A stretch of DNA of 64,000 nucleotides, taken from NCBI GenBank assembly GCA_963717935.1, contig CAVQXP010000004.1, forward strand, positions 1,248,001 through 1,312,000, written 5' to 3'. Position 1 is the first letter of the stretch; each line of letters opens with the position of its first letter. The position numbers were made by a program, and so were the translations under genes. Below are positions 20,643 to 32,148 of the stretch, piece after piece. The DNA is from Candidatus Eiseniibacteriota bacterium (GTDB taxonomy: Bacteria > Eisenbacteria > RBG-16-71-46). The notes below the pieces were generated by a model that worked only from the letters and a program-made list of their open reading frames with translations, was not told the DNA's origin and made no database searches.

Positions 20643-20717
20643 GATTTGACCTCCGTGTCCGGTCGTCGAGGCGGCTACTCTCCGACGCTGGAAGATGCTT
20701 CCTGATGGGCTGGAGAG

Positions 20718-20745
20718 TTTTCGGCATTTCTGACACGAAGCGTGA
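20718..20745 (-). promoter_or_regulatory. sigma28 (FliA/WhiG)-like promoter
   Basis: Minus strand TCAC-N16-GCCGAAAA about 75 bp upstream of the TBDR ATG. Confidence 0.45.
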
Positions 20746-21070
20746 GCGCTGAATCCGGGCTCCGTCTCGCCGTCGTCGTTCGTTGCGGGCGGACCGCCGC
20801 GGAGCGGCCTCGCCGGGGCGATCGAGAGGTCCGGTCGCCACGGGCTGCCACGTCTCCGGCTGGACGTTTCTGGGCGAAATGCCCCGGGGACGGGGTTCCG
20901 CCAGGGCGGACTCCGCGGCATCTCTCGACCCGTCGAGCCGGGGCTGGACGTCGCCATCGCGCTCCGGCGGATGGTGGTGGAGGGCCGGACCGCGAGCCTG
21001 GCGCCGAGGACCACGCACCGGGGACCCGGCACTGGCCGTCCCCCTCCCTGCGGTCTAGACTGCCGGGGTC

Positions 21071-22474
<1,404 letters not shown>

Positions 22475-22532
22475 GCGGTGGAGCGGGCCGCGCGTCCGCC
22501 GGGGGCGCCCCCGATTCGCTGTCGGGATTTGA

Positions 22533-22561
22533 TTGACCCCCGCGCGGCGCGCCCGTAATCT
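22533..22561 (+). promoter_or_regulatory. sigma70-type promoter for smc-ftsY
   Basis: TTGACC-N17-TAATCT. Confidence 0.55.
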
Positions 22562-22705
22562 CCGTTGCTGCGGGCCACCGGCTCTGCCCGGCGCCCCCTG
22601 AGACAGCGCTCACGCAGCCTGCTTCCCACCGAAGTCTCGGACACGATCGCACTCGGATACACCCCGGCCGCCTTCCGGCTGGCGCCGAGCGAGAGGGGAA
22701 CAAGG

Positions 22706-25700
22706 ATGTTTCTGCACCGGCTCGAACTCCAGGGTTTCAAGTCATTCGTCGACAAGACCGAGCTGCTGTTCGGCGAGGGCATGACCGGCGTCATCGGGCC
22801 CAACGGCTGCGGCAAGACCAACGTCTCCGACGCCATCCGCTGGGTGATGGGCGAGCAGAGCGCCAAGCAGCTGCGCGGCGACTCGATGGAGGACGTGATC
22901 TTCAACGGCTGCCCCACCCGCAAGCCGTTCGGCATGGCCGAGGTCCACCTCACCTTCAAGAACGACCGGGGCATCCTCCCGACCGAGTTCTCCGAGGTCA
23001 CGGTCTCGCGGCGCGTGTTCCGCTCGGGCGTGAGCGAGTACTCCCTCAACCAGACCCCGTGCCGGCTCAAGGACATCCGCGACCTCTTCTTCGACACGGG
23101 CATGGGCAGCCACGCCTACTCGGTGATCGAGCGCGCCATGGTGGACCACGTGCTCTCGGACAACTCGGGGCACCGCCGCTTCCTGTTCGAGGAGGCCTCC
23201 GGCATCACCAAGTACAAGGCGCGCAAGAAGGAGGCGCTCAACAAGCTCGACGCCACCGAGACCGACCTGGTCCGGCTCAACGACATCGTCTTCGAGCTGG
23301 AGCGCGAGCTGCGCTCGCTCGCCCGCCAGGTGGGGAAGGCCCGCCGCTACCAGCGCTGGCGCGACGAGATCCGCGATCTGGACCTGGTGCTCACCGCCAG
23401 CCACGTCGAGGCCCTGAAGCACAAGGAGGCCGAGGCGAAGGAGCAGTGGGAAGAGGAGTCCGTGAGGCGCGTGGGCGTCACCGCCGCGCTCGACGGGCTC
23501 GAGGCCACGCTCAACGACCGCAAGCTCGCCCTGCTCGAACTGGAGCGCGAACTGTCGACCGCGCAGGGGGGACTGCGCGACCGCGAGGAGGCGCGCACCC
23601 AGGCCGAGCACCAGGTGGTGCTGCTGCGCGAGCGCGCGGCGGGCCTGCTGCGCCGGGCCGACGAGGCGGTGGCCGAGGCGCGCGGCCTGCGCGAGCGGCT
23701 CGCCGAGGTGGCGGCCCGCGAGACCGAGGCCGGCGCGCGGCTGGCGGTGCTGCGCACCGAGCGCGAGGCGGCCCAGGCCGAGGTCGAGTCGCTCGGTCAG
23801 GCGCTGGGGGCGATCGAGACCGAACTACGCGCGCGCCGCGAGGTGGCAAGCCAGCGCAAGCAGCTGTCGCTCGACCTGTTCTCGACCGAGGCCGACAAGC
23901 GCGGCACCCTCGAGAACCTGCGGGCGCGGCGCCTGTCGCTCACCGAGCGGCGGGACGCGGCGGCGGTGCGGCGCGACGAGCTCGAGGCGCGGGTGGCCGA
24001 GTTGGTCCGGATCGCGGCCGACCGGAGCGCCACGCGCACCGGGCTCGAGACCGCGCTCGAGGCGGCGCGTGTGGCGCTGGCCACCGTGGACGAGCAGATC
24101 CGCGCGTTCGCGATCAGCCTCGAGGAGACCGGCACCCTGCTTGCGGGCCTGCGGCAGCGGTCCGCCGCGGCCGAGTCGCGGCTCGAGACCCTGCTGGACC
24201 TGAAGCGCAACTTCGACGGCGTCTCGGAGGGCGTGAAGGCCCTGCTGGCCGGGGACCATCGCGCCCCTGGCACGCTGGGCATGGTCTCCGACGTGCTCGA
24301 GGTGCCGGCGCGCTACCTCGACGCGCTCGAGGCCTCGCTGGGCGAGGCGGCTGCGTTCGTGCTGGTGGCGGACCGCGCGGCGCTCGACGCGGCGCTCGAG
24401 CACCTGCGCGGGCTGGAGAGCGGGCGGGCCACGCTGGTGGACCTGGCGGGCCTCACCACGGGGACGCTGCACGAGGTGCCGCAGGGCGCAGGCCTGGTGG
24501 GCCGCGCCTCGGACCTGGTGCGCTGCGAGGAGCGCTACCGCATCCTGGTCGAGCGCCTGCTCGGCACGGTCGTGGTGGTCGAGGACCGCGCGACCGCCGC
24601 GCGGCTGGCCGCCCACTCCGAGGCGGGACTGCGCTTCGTGAGCCTGGACGGCGAGGTCTGGGAGCGCGGGCGCGTGCGCGCCGGCTCGGCGCGGAACCTG
24701 AGCGGGCTGCTGCACCGCGAGAACGAGATCCGCGAGCTGACGGGCGAGCTGGCCGAGCGCCGGCTCGCGATCGAGGCGCTGGAGCGCGAGCGCGAGGGCC
24801 TGGAGGCGGGGCGCCAGGAGGCGCTGGCGCTGCGCGAGGGCGCGGCCGCCGGACTCGAGCAGGCCCGCATGGCGATCGAGGCGCTGGAGCGCGAGCTCGA
24901 GGCCGGCGCGCGGGAGAGCCGCTGGGCCGATGGCGAGGCCGGCGCGCGCCGCCGCGAGATCGAGCTGTACGAGGCCGAGCGGGAGACGCTCGAGCGGGCC
25001 CTGGCCGAGGCCGAGGCCGACCTGGCCGACTACCAGCAGCAGGTCGAGAGCGCCCGCGCGCAACTCGCCGACCTGGACGGCGCGCTGCGCGGGCTCGAGG
25101 GCCGGCGTGACGAGGCGGCGGCCGCTGCCCGCGCCGCCGGCGAGCAGTTGCTGCAGATGGCCCGCGACCAGGGCGAGTGGGAGAGCCAGTGGGCGCGCGC
25201 CGAGCAGACGCGCCGCGAGCTGGAGGCCGGCATCGAGGCGCGCGATCGCGAGGACCACGAAGCGCGCTCGAAGGTGGCCGAGATCGAGGCCGAGGTCTCC
25301 GGGCTGTCGGCCGGGCTCACCGGACTGCTCGAATCCGAGTCCACGCAGCGCGAGCGCGTGGTCGAACTGCAGAAGCGCTTCCTGGCCCGCAAGCAGGAGG
25401 TGCAGGGCGGGGAGGAGGAGGCGCGCCAGTTGCGTTTCCAGCAGACCGAGCTGAGCGAGCTGATGCACCAGATCGAGCTGGACCGCGTGCAGACCCACTC
25501 CGAGCTGGAGCGCACGTTCGAGCGTCTGCACACCGAGTACGAGCTGGATGTGGCCAACTGGGAGCCGGCGCCGCCCGCCGAGGGCTTCGACGCCGACGAG
25601 GCCCGCAAGCGGCTCGAGGAGATGCGCACGCGCTACCGCGCGCTCGGCCCGGTCAACCTGCTGGCGGTGGACGAGTACGCGAAGAAGAAGGAGCGCTGGC

Positions 25701-26293
25701 AGTTCCTCACCCGGCAGCGCACCGACCTCACCAGCGCCAAGGCGCAATTGCTCGAAGCCATCGAGAAGATCAACGTCACGGCGAGCGAGATGTTCCGCGA
25801 GACGTTCGCGAAGGTGCAGGTCCACTTCCGTGACGTCTTCAGCACGCTGTTCGAGGGCGGCGACTCGGAGCTGCGCATGGTGGGTGACGATCCGCTCGAA
25901 TGCGAGATCGAGATCGTCGCCAAGCCTCGCGGCAAGCACCTGCAGAGCATCAGCCTGATGTCCGGGGGCGAGCGGGCGCTCACCGCCATCGCCCTGTTGT
26001 TCGCCCTGTACCTGGTGAAGCCCTCGCCCTTCTGTCTGCTGGACGAGGTGGACGCGCCGCTCGACGATGCCAACGTGGACCGCTTCATCCGCATGCTCAA
26101 GCGCTTCAGCGACAAGACGCAGTTCGTGGTCATCACCCACAACAAGCGGACCATGGAGGCCTCACGCTGCCTCTACGGCGTGACCATGGAGGAGCTGGGC
26201 GTGTCGAAGCTCGTTTCCGTGCGCTTCGACGGCCAGCCCAGGAGCGGGGAGCTGAACAGCCACGAGCTGGCGGGCGCGGCTGCCGGCCGGTGA
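22706..26293 (+). CDS. smc: chromosome segregation protein SMC
   Basis: GFKSF, GPNGCGKTN Walker A, long coiled coils with hinge, MSGGE, LLDEVDAPLD. Confidence 0.97.
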   Translation: MFLHRLELQGFKSFVDKTELLFGEGMTGVIGPNGCGKTNVSDAIRWVMGEQSAKQLRGDSMEDVIFNGCPTRKPFGMAEVHLTFKNDRGILPTEFSEVTVSRRVFRSGVSEYSLNQTPCRLKDIRDLFFDTGMGSHAYSVIERAMVDHVLSDNSGHRRFLFEEASGITKYKARKKEALNKLDATETDLVRLNDIVFELERELRSLARQVGKARRYQRWRDEIRDLDLVLTASHVEALKHKEAEAKEQWEEESVRRVGVTAALDGLEATLNDRKLALLELERELSTAQGGLRDREEARTQAEHQVVLLRERAAGLLRRADEAVAEARGLRERLAEVAARETEAGARLAVLRTEREAAQAEVESLGQALGAIETELRARREVASQRKQLSLDLFSTEADKRGTLENLRARRLSLTERRDAAAVRRDELEARVAELVRIAADRSATRTGLETALEAARVALATVDEQIRAFAISLEETGTLLAGLRQRSAAAESRLETLLDLKRNFDGVSEGVKALLAGDHRAPGTLGMVSDVLEVPARYLDALEASLGEAAAFVLVADRAALDAALEHLRGLESGRATLVDLAGLTTGTLHEVPQGAGLVGRASDLVRCEERYRILVERLLGTVVVVEDRATAARLAAHSEAGLRFVSLDGEVWERGRVRAGSARNLSGLLHRENEIRELTGELAERRLAIEALEREREGLEAGRQEALALREGAAAGLEQARMAIEALERELEAGARESRWADGEAGARRREIELYEAERETLERALAEAEADLADYQQQVESARAQLADLDGALRGLEGRRDEAAAAARAAGEQLLQMARDQGEWESQWARAEQTRRELEAGIEARDREDHEARSKVAEIEAEVSGLSAGLTGLLESESTQRERVVELQKRFLARKQEVQGGEEEARQLRFQQTELSELMHQIELDRVQTHSELERTFERLHTEYELDVANWEPAPPAEGFDADEARKRLEEMRTRYRALGPVNLLAVDEYAKKKERWQFLTRQRTDLTSAKAQLLEAIEKINVTASEMFRETFAKVQVHFRDVFSTLFEGGDSELRMVGDDPLECEIEIVAKPRGKHLQSISLMSGGERALTAIALLFALYLVKPSPFCLLDEVDAPLDDANVDRFIRMLKRFSDKTQFVVITHNKRTMEASRCLYGVTMEELGVSKLVSVRFDGQPRSGELNSHELAGAAAGR

Positions 26294-26330
26294 GGGTGCG
26301 CACGGAGTCCGACGTCCGGTTCCGCACCCC

Positions 26331-27248
26331 GTGAGCCTGTTCTCCAGCTTCCGCGCCGGGCTCGCGCGGACACGCGAGCGCCTGGTCGAGCAGGTCGGCG
26401 GGCTGCTCCAGCGTCGTGGCGCCGTGGACGCGGCCACCCTGGAGAGCCTCGAGGAGGCGCTGCTCGCGGCCGATGTCGGCCCGGCCACCACCGAGCGGCT
26501 GCTCGAGCGGGCCCAGGAGCTGCTTCAGCGCTCGCCCGAACTCGAGTTGCACGGCGCCCTCGAGCAGGCCGCCGCCGCGCTGCTCGGGGTCGGTTCCGGC
26601 TTGGCCCCGGGCGCGCGCTTCGAGCCCGCGGGCCAGAAGCCCTGGGTGGCGCTGCTCGTCGGCGTGAACGGGGTGGGCAAGACCACGCTCGCGGGCAAGC
26701 TCGCGGCGCGCTTCGCGCGCGAGCCGCGCAGGACGCTGCTCGTGGCGGCCGACACGTTCCGGGCCGCGGCCACCGAGCAGCTCGAGATCTGGGCGGAGCG
26801 GGCGGGTGTGGAGCTGATGCGGGCCCGCTCCGGTTCGGACCCGGCGGCGGTGGTGCACGACGCCCTCAGCGCGGCCCTCGCGCGTGGCACCGAGGTGGTG
26901 CTGGTGGACACGGCGGGGCGGCTGCACACGAAGCACAACCTGATGGGTGAGCTGGAGAAGATCGGGCGCGTCTGCGGGCGCGTCGTCCCCGGCGCACCGC
27001 ACCATGTCCTGCTGGTGCTCGACGCCACGCTGGGCCAGAACGGCCTGCAGCAGGCCCGCGAGTTCCAGCGGGCGCTGCCGATCACCAGTCTGGCGCTCAC
27101 GAAACTGGACGGGACCGCGCGGGGTGGCGCGGTGCTCTCCATCGCGGAGGCGCTCGGCCTGCCCATCAGCGTGGTCGGGATCGGCGAAGGGTTGGACGAC
27201 TGGGAGCCGTTCGACGCCGAGGCCTTCGCCCGGGGGCTGTTCGAGTAG
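26331..27248 (+). CDS. ftsY: signal recognition particle receptor FtsY
   Basis: GVNGVGKTT, DTFRAAA, DTAGR, TKLDGTARGG. Confidence 0.97.
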   Translation: MSLFSSFRAGLARTRERLVEQVGGLLQRRGAVDAATLESLEEALLAADVGPATTERLLERAQELLQRSPELELHGALEQAAAALLGVGSGLAPGARFEPAGQKPWVALLVGVNGVGKTTLAGKLAARFAREPRRTLLVAADTFRAAATEQLEIWAERAGVELMRARSGSDPAAVVHDALSAALARGTEVVLVDTAGRLHTKHNLMGELEKIGRVCGRVVPGAPHHVLLVLDATLGQNGLQQAREFQRALPITSLALTKLDGTARGGAVLSIAEALGLPISVVGIGEGLDDWEPFDAEAFARGLFE

Positions 27249-27371
27249 CGTCGCGGCTTCTTCCCCCGCTCAGCGGACGCGGGCGCCACGGGACTCGATG
27301 GCCGCGCTCCTCACGCTGGCCCCACTGCCCGGCCCCGCGCACCGGGGCGCAGGACCGGGCCGGGACGACTC

Positions 27372-28280
27372 TCAGGAGGTGCGAGGCTGGGGCTTCGCCG
27401 CGGGGGCCTTCGGCTTGCGCGCCGGAGCGGCGCGCTGCTCGGCCAGGGAGCGGCGGAACTCCACGGGCACGAGCCTCGGCTCCAGACCCTCGGTCCCGTA
27501 CGCCTCGAGCTCCAGCACCCCTTTCGAGCGGTCCATGATCCTCATGGGGCCCGACTCCTGGGAGCGGCCGGTGAGCCAGGCGCGGCGTGAGATCGAATAG
27601 TCGATTTCCTCGCGCGCGCGGCCCGTGACCGGTATCTGCGGCGTCAGGTAGGTCACGCGCACGTCGCGAACCTCGGTGTACTGGGAGCTGTCGGCGCTCT
27701 GGGCGGTGGAGCTGAGGCCCTGCTCGGTGCGCACCTTGATACAGACGAATTCTCCCAGATCGGTCTTCAGTGTGTCCGTGCCCAGCGTATCCACCAGCGT
27801 GGTGAGGCCCGGGTTGGGCAGCGTGCGGCTCTTCATCGCGGCCGCGCCGCGCCGCATGGTCTGCTGGCGGGGCTGGTTGTTCTCGTCGAGTTCCGAGACC
27901 CGCTTGCGCTGGTAGAGCAGGACGTGGCGTGCGGCCAGAGTGTCATCGAAGATGGCGGAGGACATCAGGGTGGCTGCCGTCTCCAGCGGCCCCTGCGGCC
28001 GCTGGGTCGAGGTCTCGACCCAGAAGCACTCCTCGCCCCACCACTCCTCCTCGCCTGCGATCTGCACGGTCACGGTGTAATCGTCGGTGACACCCATCTC
28101 GCTCTTGCCGGTCATGTGGTATCTGACCCACGATCCCACCTTGACGACCGACCGGCCGTGGGCGTAGTCCAACGTGCCGATGGCGTCGAGGAGTGCGACC
28201 CCCTGCGCGGGCGCGGATCGTGCGGCGAGCACGAAGGACAGTATGGCGAGCAGGGCGACCAGAACGCGGGAACGACTCAT
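27372..28280 (-). CDS. secreted hypothetical protein
   Basis: Signal peptide (..APAQG); host-like codon usage; beta-rich sequence. Confidence 0.75.
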   Translation of the reverse strand: MSRSRVLVALLAILSFVLAARSAPAQGVALLDAIGTLDYAHGRSVVKVGSWVRYHMTGKSEMGVTDDYTVTVQIAGEEEWWGEECFWVETSTQRPQGPLETAATLMSSAIFDDTLAARHVLLYQRKRVSELDENNQPRQQTMRRGAAAMKSRTLPNPGLTTLVDTLGTDTLKTDLGEFVCIKVRTEQGLSSTAQSADSSQYTEVRDVRVTYLTPQIPVTGRAREEIDYSISRRAWLTGRSQESGPMRIMDRSKGVLELEAYGTEGLEPRLVPVEFRRSLAEQRAAPARKPKAPAAKPQPRTS

Positions 28281-28413
28281 GCAAGCGATCTCCGGTGTCG
28301 GGTGATCCGGCGCCCGCGGCTCGGCCGGACTTCACCGGGCTCCCCCCGCAGGCAGGACGACCCCCATTATCCACGACCCGGCCCGGCATCCCAAGCGGGC
28401 CTCCCGGAGACCG

Positions 28414-29118
28414 ATGCCCGCGAGCGATCCCGCCCCGCGCGCCACCCGCGACGGCGGCACGCCTGCGCCGCCCGTACGCAGCCTGCGGCCGCGGGAGAAG
28501 TTGCGCGCCCGCGGTCCGTCCGCGCTGGCCGACGCCGAGTTGCTGGCGCTGGTGCTGGGATCGGGTACGGCCGGGCGCAGCGCGCTGCGCATCGGGCGGC
28601 ATCTGGCGCGTCGCAGCCCGGACGAGTTGGGCGCCTGGTCGAGCGCCCGCTGGCTGCTCGTGCCCGGTGTGGGGCCGGCGCACGCGGCGGCGCTCGTGGC
28701 TGCCTTCGAGCTGGGACGGAGGGCGGCCGAGGGGGCGCCCGGCGGCGCCGCCATCCGCGGCCCCGAGGACGTGCTCGCCCAAGTGCGCGACCTGGCGCGG
28801 GCGCGCAAGGAGCACTTCGTCGTGCTGCTGCTCAACGCGCGGCACGAGATGCAGTGCCGCGAGGTGGTCTCGATCGGCAGCCTCAACGCGTCCATCGTAC
28901 ACCCGCGCGAGGTGTTCCAGCCGGCCATCATGCACTCGGCCGCGGCCGTGGTCCTGGTGCACAACCACCCCAGTGGCGACCCGGAGCCCAGCGAGGAGGA
29001 CCTGAGCATCACGCGGCGGCTCGTGCAGGTGGGGGAGGTGGTCGGGATCGCGGTGCTCGACCACGTCATCGTGGCGATGCGCGGGCTCGTGAGCCTGCGC
29101 GCCCGGCAGTTGCTGTGA
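28414..29118 (+). CDS. radC: RadC/JAB-domain DNA repair family protein
   Basis: RPREKL, LADAELLAL, VHPREVF, HNHPSGDPEPSEED, LDHVIV. Confidence 0.95.
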   Translation: MPASDPAPRATRDGGTPAPPVRSLRPREKLRARGPSALADAELLALVLGSGTAGRSALRIGRHLARRSPDELGAWSSARWLLVPGVGPAHAAALVAAFELGRRAAEGAPGGAAIRGPEDVLAQVRDLARARKEHFVVLLLNARHEMQCREVVSIGSLNASIVHPREVFQPAIMHSAAAVVLVHNHPSGDPEPSEEDLSITRRLVQVGEVVGIAVLDHVIVAMRGLVSLRARQLL

Positions 29119-29182
29119 GGCCGGGGGGGGGGCGCCCCGCAGGGTGCTTGCCGGGCCGCCCGCCGGGGGCCATGCTCCGGCC

Positions 29183-29602
29183 GTGGAGGAAGGTCACAGC
29201 ACGTTCGACCACACCGGCGACCTCGGCCTCGAGGTCTGGGCCCCGCGTGCCGCGCGGCTCTACGCGCTGGCTGCCGAGGTCCTGATGGCGCTGGTCGCGG
29301 ATGCGCGCGGGGCCGCGCCCGAGCTGGAGCGGGTGGTGCGGATCACGGGGGATGACCCCGCCGATCTGCTGGTGCACTGGCTGAACACGGTGCTGCTGGA
29401 GTCCGAGCTGGCGAAGGCCGTGTGGACGCGCGCGGAGGTGCACGTCCTGACGCCGACCGCGCTCGAGGCGACGCTGCGGGGCTCGCGACTGGATCCCGCG
29501 CGCCAGACCTTCCTGCGTGAGATCAAGGCTGTTTCCCACCACGCGCTCGTGCTGGAGCTGAACGAGCCGGCCTGCCGCTGCCGGCTCGTGCTCGACCTCT
29601 GA
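29183..29602 (+). CDS. archease
   Basis: FDHTGDLGL, LLVHWLN, EIKAVSHH, LVLDL; start codon uncertain (29144 or 29183). Confidence 0.9.
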   Translation: MEEGHSTFDHTGDLGLEVWAPRAARLYALAAEVLMALVADARGAAPELERVVRITGDDPADLLVHWLNTVLLESELAKAVWTRAEVHVLTPTALEATLRGSRLDPARQTFLREIKAVSHHALVLELNEPACRCRLVLDL

Positions 29603-29640
29603 ACGGCGCTGCTGCCGGTCGCGCTACTGGCCGCTCGTGA

Positions 29641-30861
29641 TGACGTCGTCCCAGGATTTCGCGGCAGGTCAGAAGTAGAGCATGCTGCCCTCCGGAGGCC
29701 TACCCGGAGGGGGAGCGATGAAGCGGTCGCGGTACACGGAAGAGCAGGTGGCCTACGCGCTGCGCCAGGCTGAAGCGGGCACCCCGGTGGGGGACGTCTG
29801 CCGGCAGCTGGGCATCGCGGAGGCCACGTTCTATGTCTGGAAGAAGAAGTTCGCAGGCCTGGGGGTCGGTGAGCTGCGTAAGGTGCGGCAGCTCGAGGAG
29901 GAGAACGGCCGGCTGAAGCGGGTGGTGGCGGATCTGACGCTGGACAAGCACATCCTGCAGGAGGCGCTCCGAAAAAAGGCCTGAAGCCGACGCGACGCAA
30001 GGCGCTGGCGCACTGGATCCACGAGCGGTTCCAGGTGAACGTCCGGCGGTCGTGTCGGCTGGCGCTGATCCAGCGGGCGAGTTGGTACTACAAGTCGCAG
30101 GCGCAGGACCAGTCGGGGCTCAGGCTGCGGATCCGGGAGATTGCCCAGGCCCGCCCGCGGTTCGGTTACGAGCGGATCCACACGCTGCTGCGTCGGGAGG
30201 GCTGGCAGGTCAACCGGAAGCGGATTCACCGGCTGTACTGCCTGGAGGGGCTGCAGGTGCGGATGCGGGTGCGGCGGCGGAAGCAGATGAGCCTGCACCG
30301 GGGCCCGGTGCCTCGTCCGACGGCAGCGAACGTCCACTGGAGCATGGATTTCGTGCACGACCAACTGGCCGACGGGCGGCCATTTCGGGTGCTGACGGTG
30401 ATCGATCAATGGAGTCGTGAGAGTGTGTTGCTGGAGGCGGGTTCTTCGCTGACTGGGAAGGCGGTCGCGGAAGCGCTGGATCGGGCGTCCTGGAGGCGTC
30501 CCTTGCCCAAGGCGATCACCGTCGATCACGGCACCGAGTTCACCTCCAAGGCGCTGGACCAATGGGCCTGGCAGCGCGGGATCGAGTTGGATTTCATCCG
30601 CCCCGGTAAGCCAATCGAGAACGCGCTGATCGAGTCCTTCAACGGGCGGCTGCGGGACGAATGCCTGAACGTGAACGAGTTCGTTTCGATGGAGGATGTG
30701 CGGCACCGAATCGAGGCCTGGCGGCTCGACTACAATCACCGCCGGCCGCATGGCTCGCTCGGGAACCTGACCCCCAGCGAGTTTGCCGAACAGAGTCAGG
30801 AACGTGCCTCAGGAGGGGCGGCAGTCTAGTTCAGATCTGTCCGAAAACGGGGCCGACCTCA
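29641..30861 (+). mobile_element. IS3-family element (IS407-like), 1221 bp
   Basis: Imperfect IRs TGACGTCGTCCC...GAAGTAGA / TCTAGTTC...GGGGCCGACCTCA; 4-bp target duplication GTGA (29637-29640 and 30862-30865). Confidence 0.95.
29718..30829 (+). CDS. IS3 transposase OrfA (29718-29984) and OrfB, joined by a -1 frameshift
   Basis: MKRSRYTEEQ HTH; WSMDF, DHGTEF, ESFNGRLRDECLN DDE core; A6G slippery site at 29972-29978. Confidence 0.93.
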
Positions 30862-30922
30862 GTGAGCGGCGGAGTCCAGTTATCCTTTGTCTACTTGACG
30901 GGGAAGCTTACGGAGGCATCAC

Positions 30923-31567
30923 GTGTCGGTCATGCTGAGGACCTCGTTGCCGTGGGTGCTCGTGGGCGCGCTGGCGTGCGCGGGCGCGTGTTCGTCCGGG
31001 GACGGCGCGGCGCCCGCACCGACCAGGAGCTTTTCGGAGGTCTTCTTGAGCGTCGACGCATGGAGCGAAGCGCGCGTCATGACGCTGGTCATCGATGGAG
31101 CCGGCCGTCGGACCGGATGGAATAAGGGGGAACAGTTCCGGGAAATCGTGGGATGTGGACTGGGCTTCGGGACCGAAGAGGGCATTCCGAACCCCGAGGG
31201 GGAGCCGGACGACACGTCTGCGACCACCCCGCCGGAGCCTCTTCCAGGAGATGCAGCCGTCGACACCGTGTCCGGTGAGCGGGAACCGACGCCAAGGTAC
31301 TACTACTTCCACATCTCTAACGATGCGGTTACCCCGGTTGGTCTCATCGACCAAGGTGGATGCGAGCTGCGGTTGGATCCCACAGCGGCTGGCAAGGTGC
31401 AGCTTGGGCTCAGCGCGAAGAAGGGGGTATTCATTCTGTGCGAGGACACGACATCGGTCTGGGTAAGGCCCGGGGTGCCGTTGCGCTGGCGGCTGAGCTG
31501 GAAGGCTCAGAGAGACAGATGCGTTGTGAGGATCTCCAAGCTGCCGGCAAGATCTCCCAAGCGCTGA
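30923..31567 (+). CDS. putative lipoprotein A, paralog of 36389-37003
   Basis: GGAGG RBS; lipobox-like ALAC/AGAC; shares IDxxGRRTGWN, EPTPxYYY, GGCELRL, CxDTTS, WxLSW with the paralog. Confidence 0.75.
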   Translation: MSVMLRTSLPWVLVGALACAGACSSGDGAAPAPTRSFSEVFLSVDAWSEARVMTLVIDGAGRRTGWNKGEQFREIVGCGLGFGTEEGIPNPEGEPDDTSATTPPEPLPGDAAVDTVSGEREPTPRYYYFHISNDAVTPVGLIDQGGCELRLDPTAAGKVQLGLSAKKGVFILCEDTTSVWVRPGVPLRWRLSWKAQRDRCVVRISKLPARSPKR

Positions 31568-31663
31568 GCGGCACGCAGTCGCCCCCGTTGATCTCGTTTG
31601 GAGGCAAGCGCCGCGATTGACATTGGTCGGAGGTCCAGCACCGATTCCAATTCTCCATCCGTA

Positions 31664-32140
31664 TCAGCCTCCAATCGTCGTGAACCGCCTCCCCTCGTAC
31701 GCGCGGTGCTGCAACGCCTCGGCCAACGCGCGCACGCTGACGCACTCCTCGCTGGTGAGATCCGCGATCGTGCGCGCCACGCGCATCGCGCGGTGAACCG
31801 CGCGTGCGGACATCCCGCCGCGATCCACCGCATCGGCGACGAGCCGGCGCCCGGCCTGATCGAGCGCGCAGCACTCGTCGAGCCGCGCAGGGGGCAGGAG
31901 TGCGTTCAGGCATCCGCGCTCGCGCTGGCGCGCCCGCGCCGCGAGCACGCGCGCCCTCACGACCGCGCTCGACTCGCCCAAGGATGCCGCCTGCAGCTCG
32001 CGCGACATCAGCGCCGGCACCTCGACCTGGAGATCGATCCGGTCCAGCACCGGTCCGCTCACCCGCGCGTGGTGCTGCGCGAGATCGGTCGGCGTGCACT
32101 TGCAGCCCCGGCGTGGATGTCCGAGCCAGCCGCACTTGCA
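31664..32140 (-). pseudogene. comM: displaced 3' third of comM (YifB), starting at CKCGWLG, without start codon
   Basis: Collinear with 37063-37536; 16 differences in about 147 aligned aa; homology stops abruptly at 32140. Confidence 0.92.
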
Positions 32141-32148
32141 CCGTTGCG

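Noticed and set aside
20643..21070. Riboswitch (e.g. cobalamin) upstream of the TonB-dependent receptor
   Set aside because: No recognisable B12-box or other aptamer core; an Rfam scan would be needed
29603..30922. Possible remnant C-terminal tail (..RYWPLVSGGVQLSFVYL..) of a lost partner gene upstream of lipoprotein A after IS removal
   Set aside because: Similarity to the CTD tail is too weak and short to support by eye
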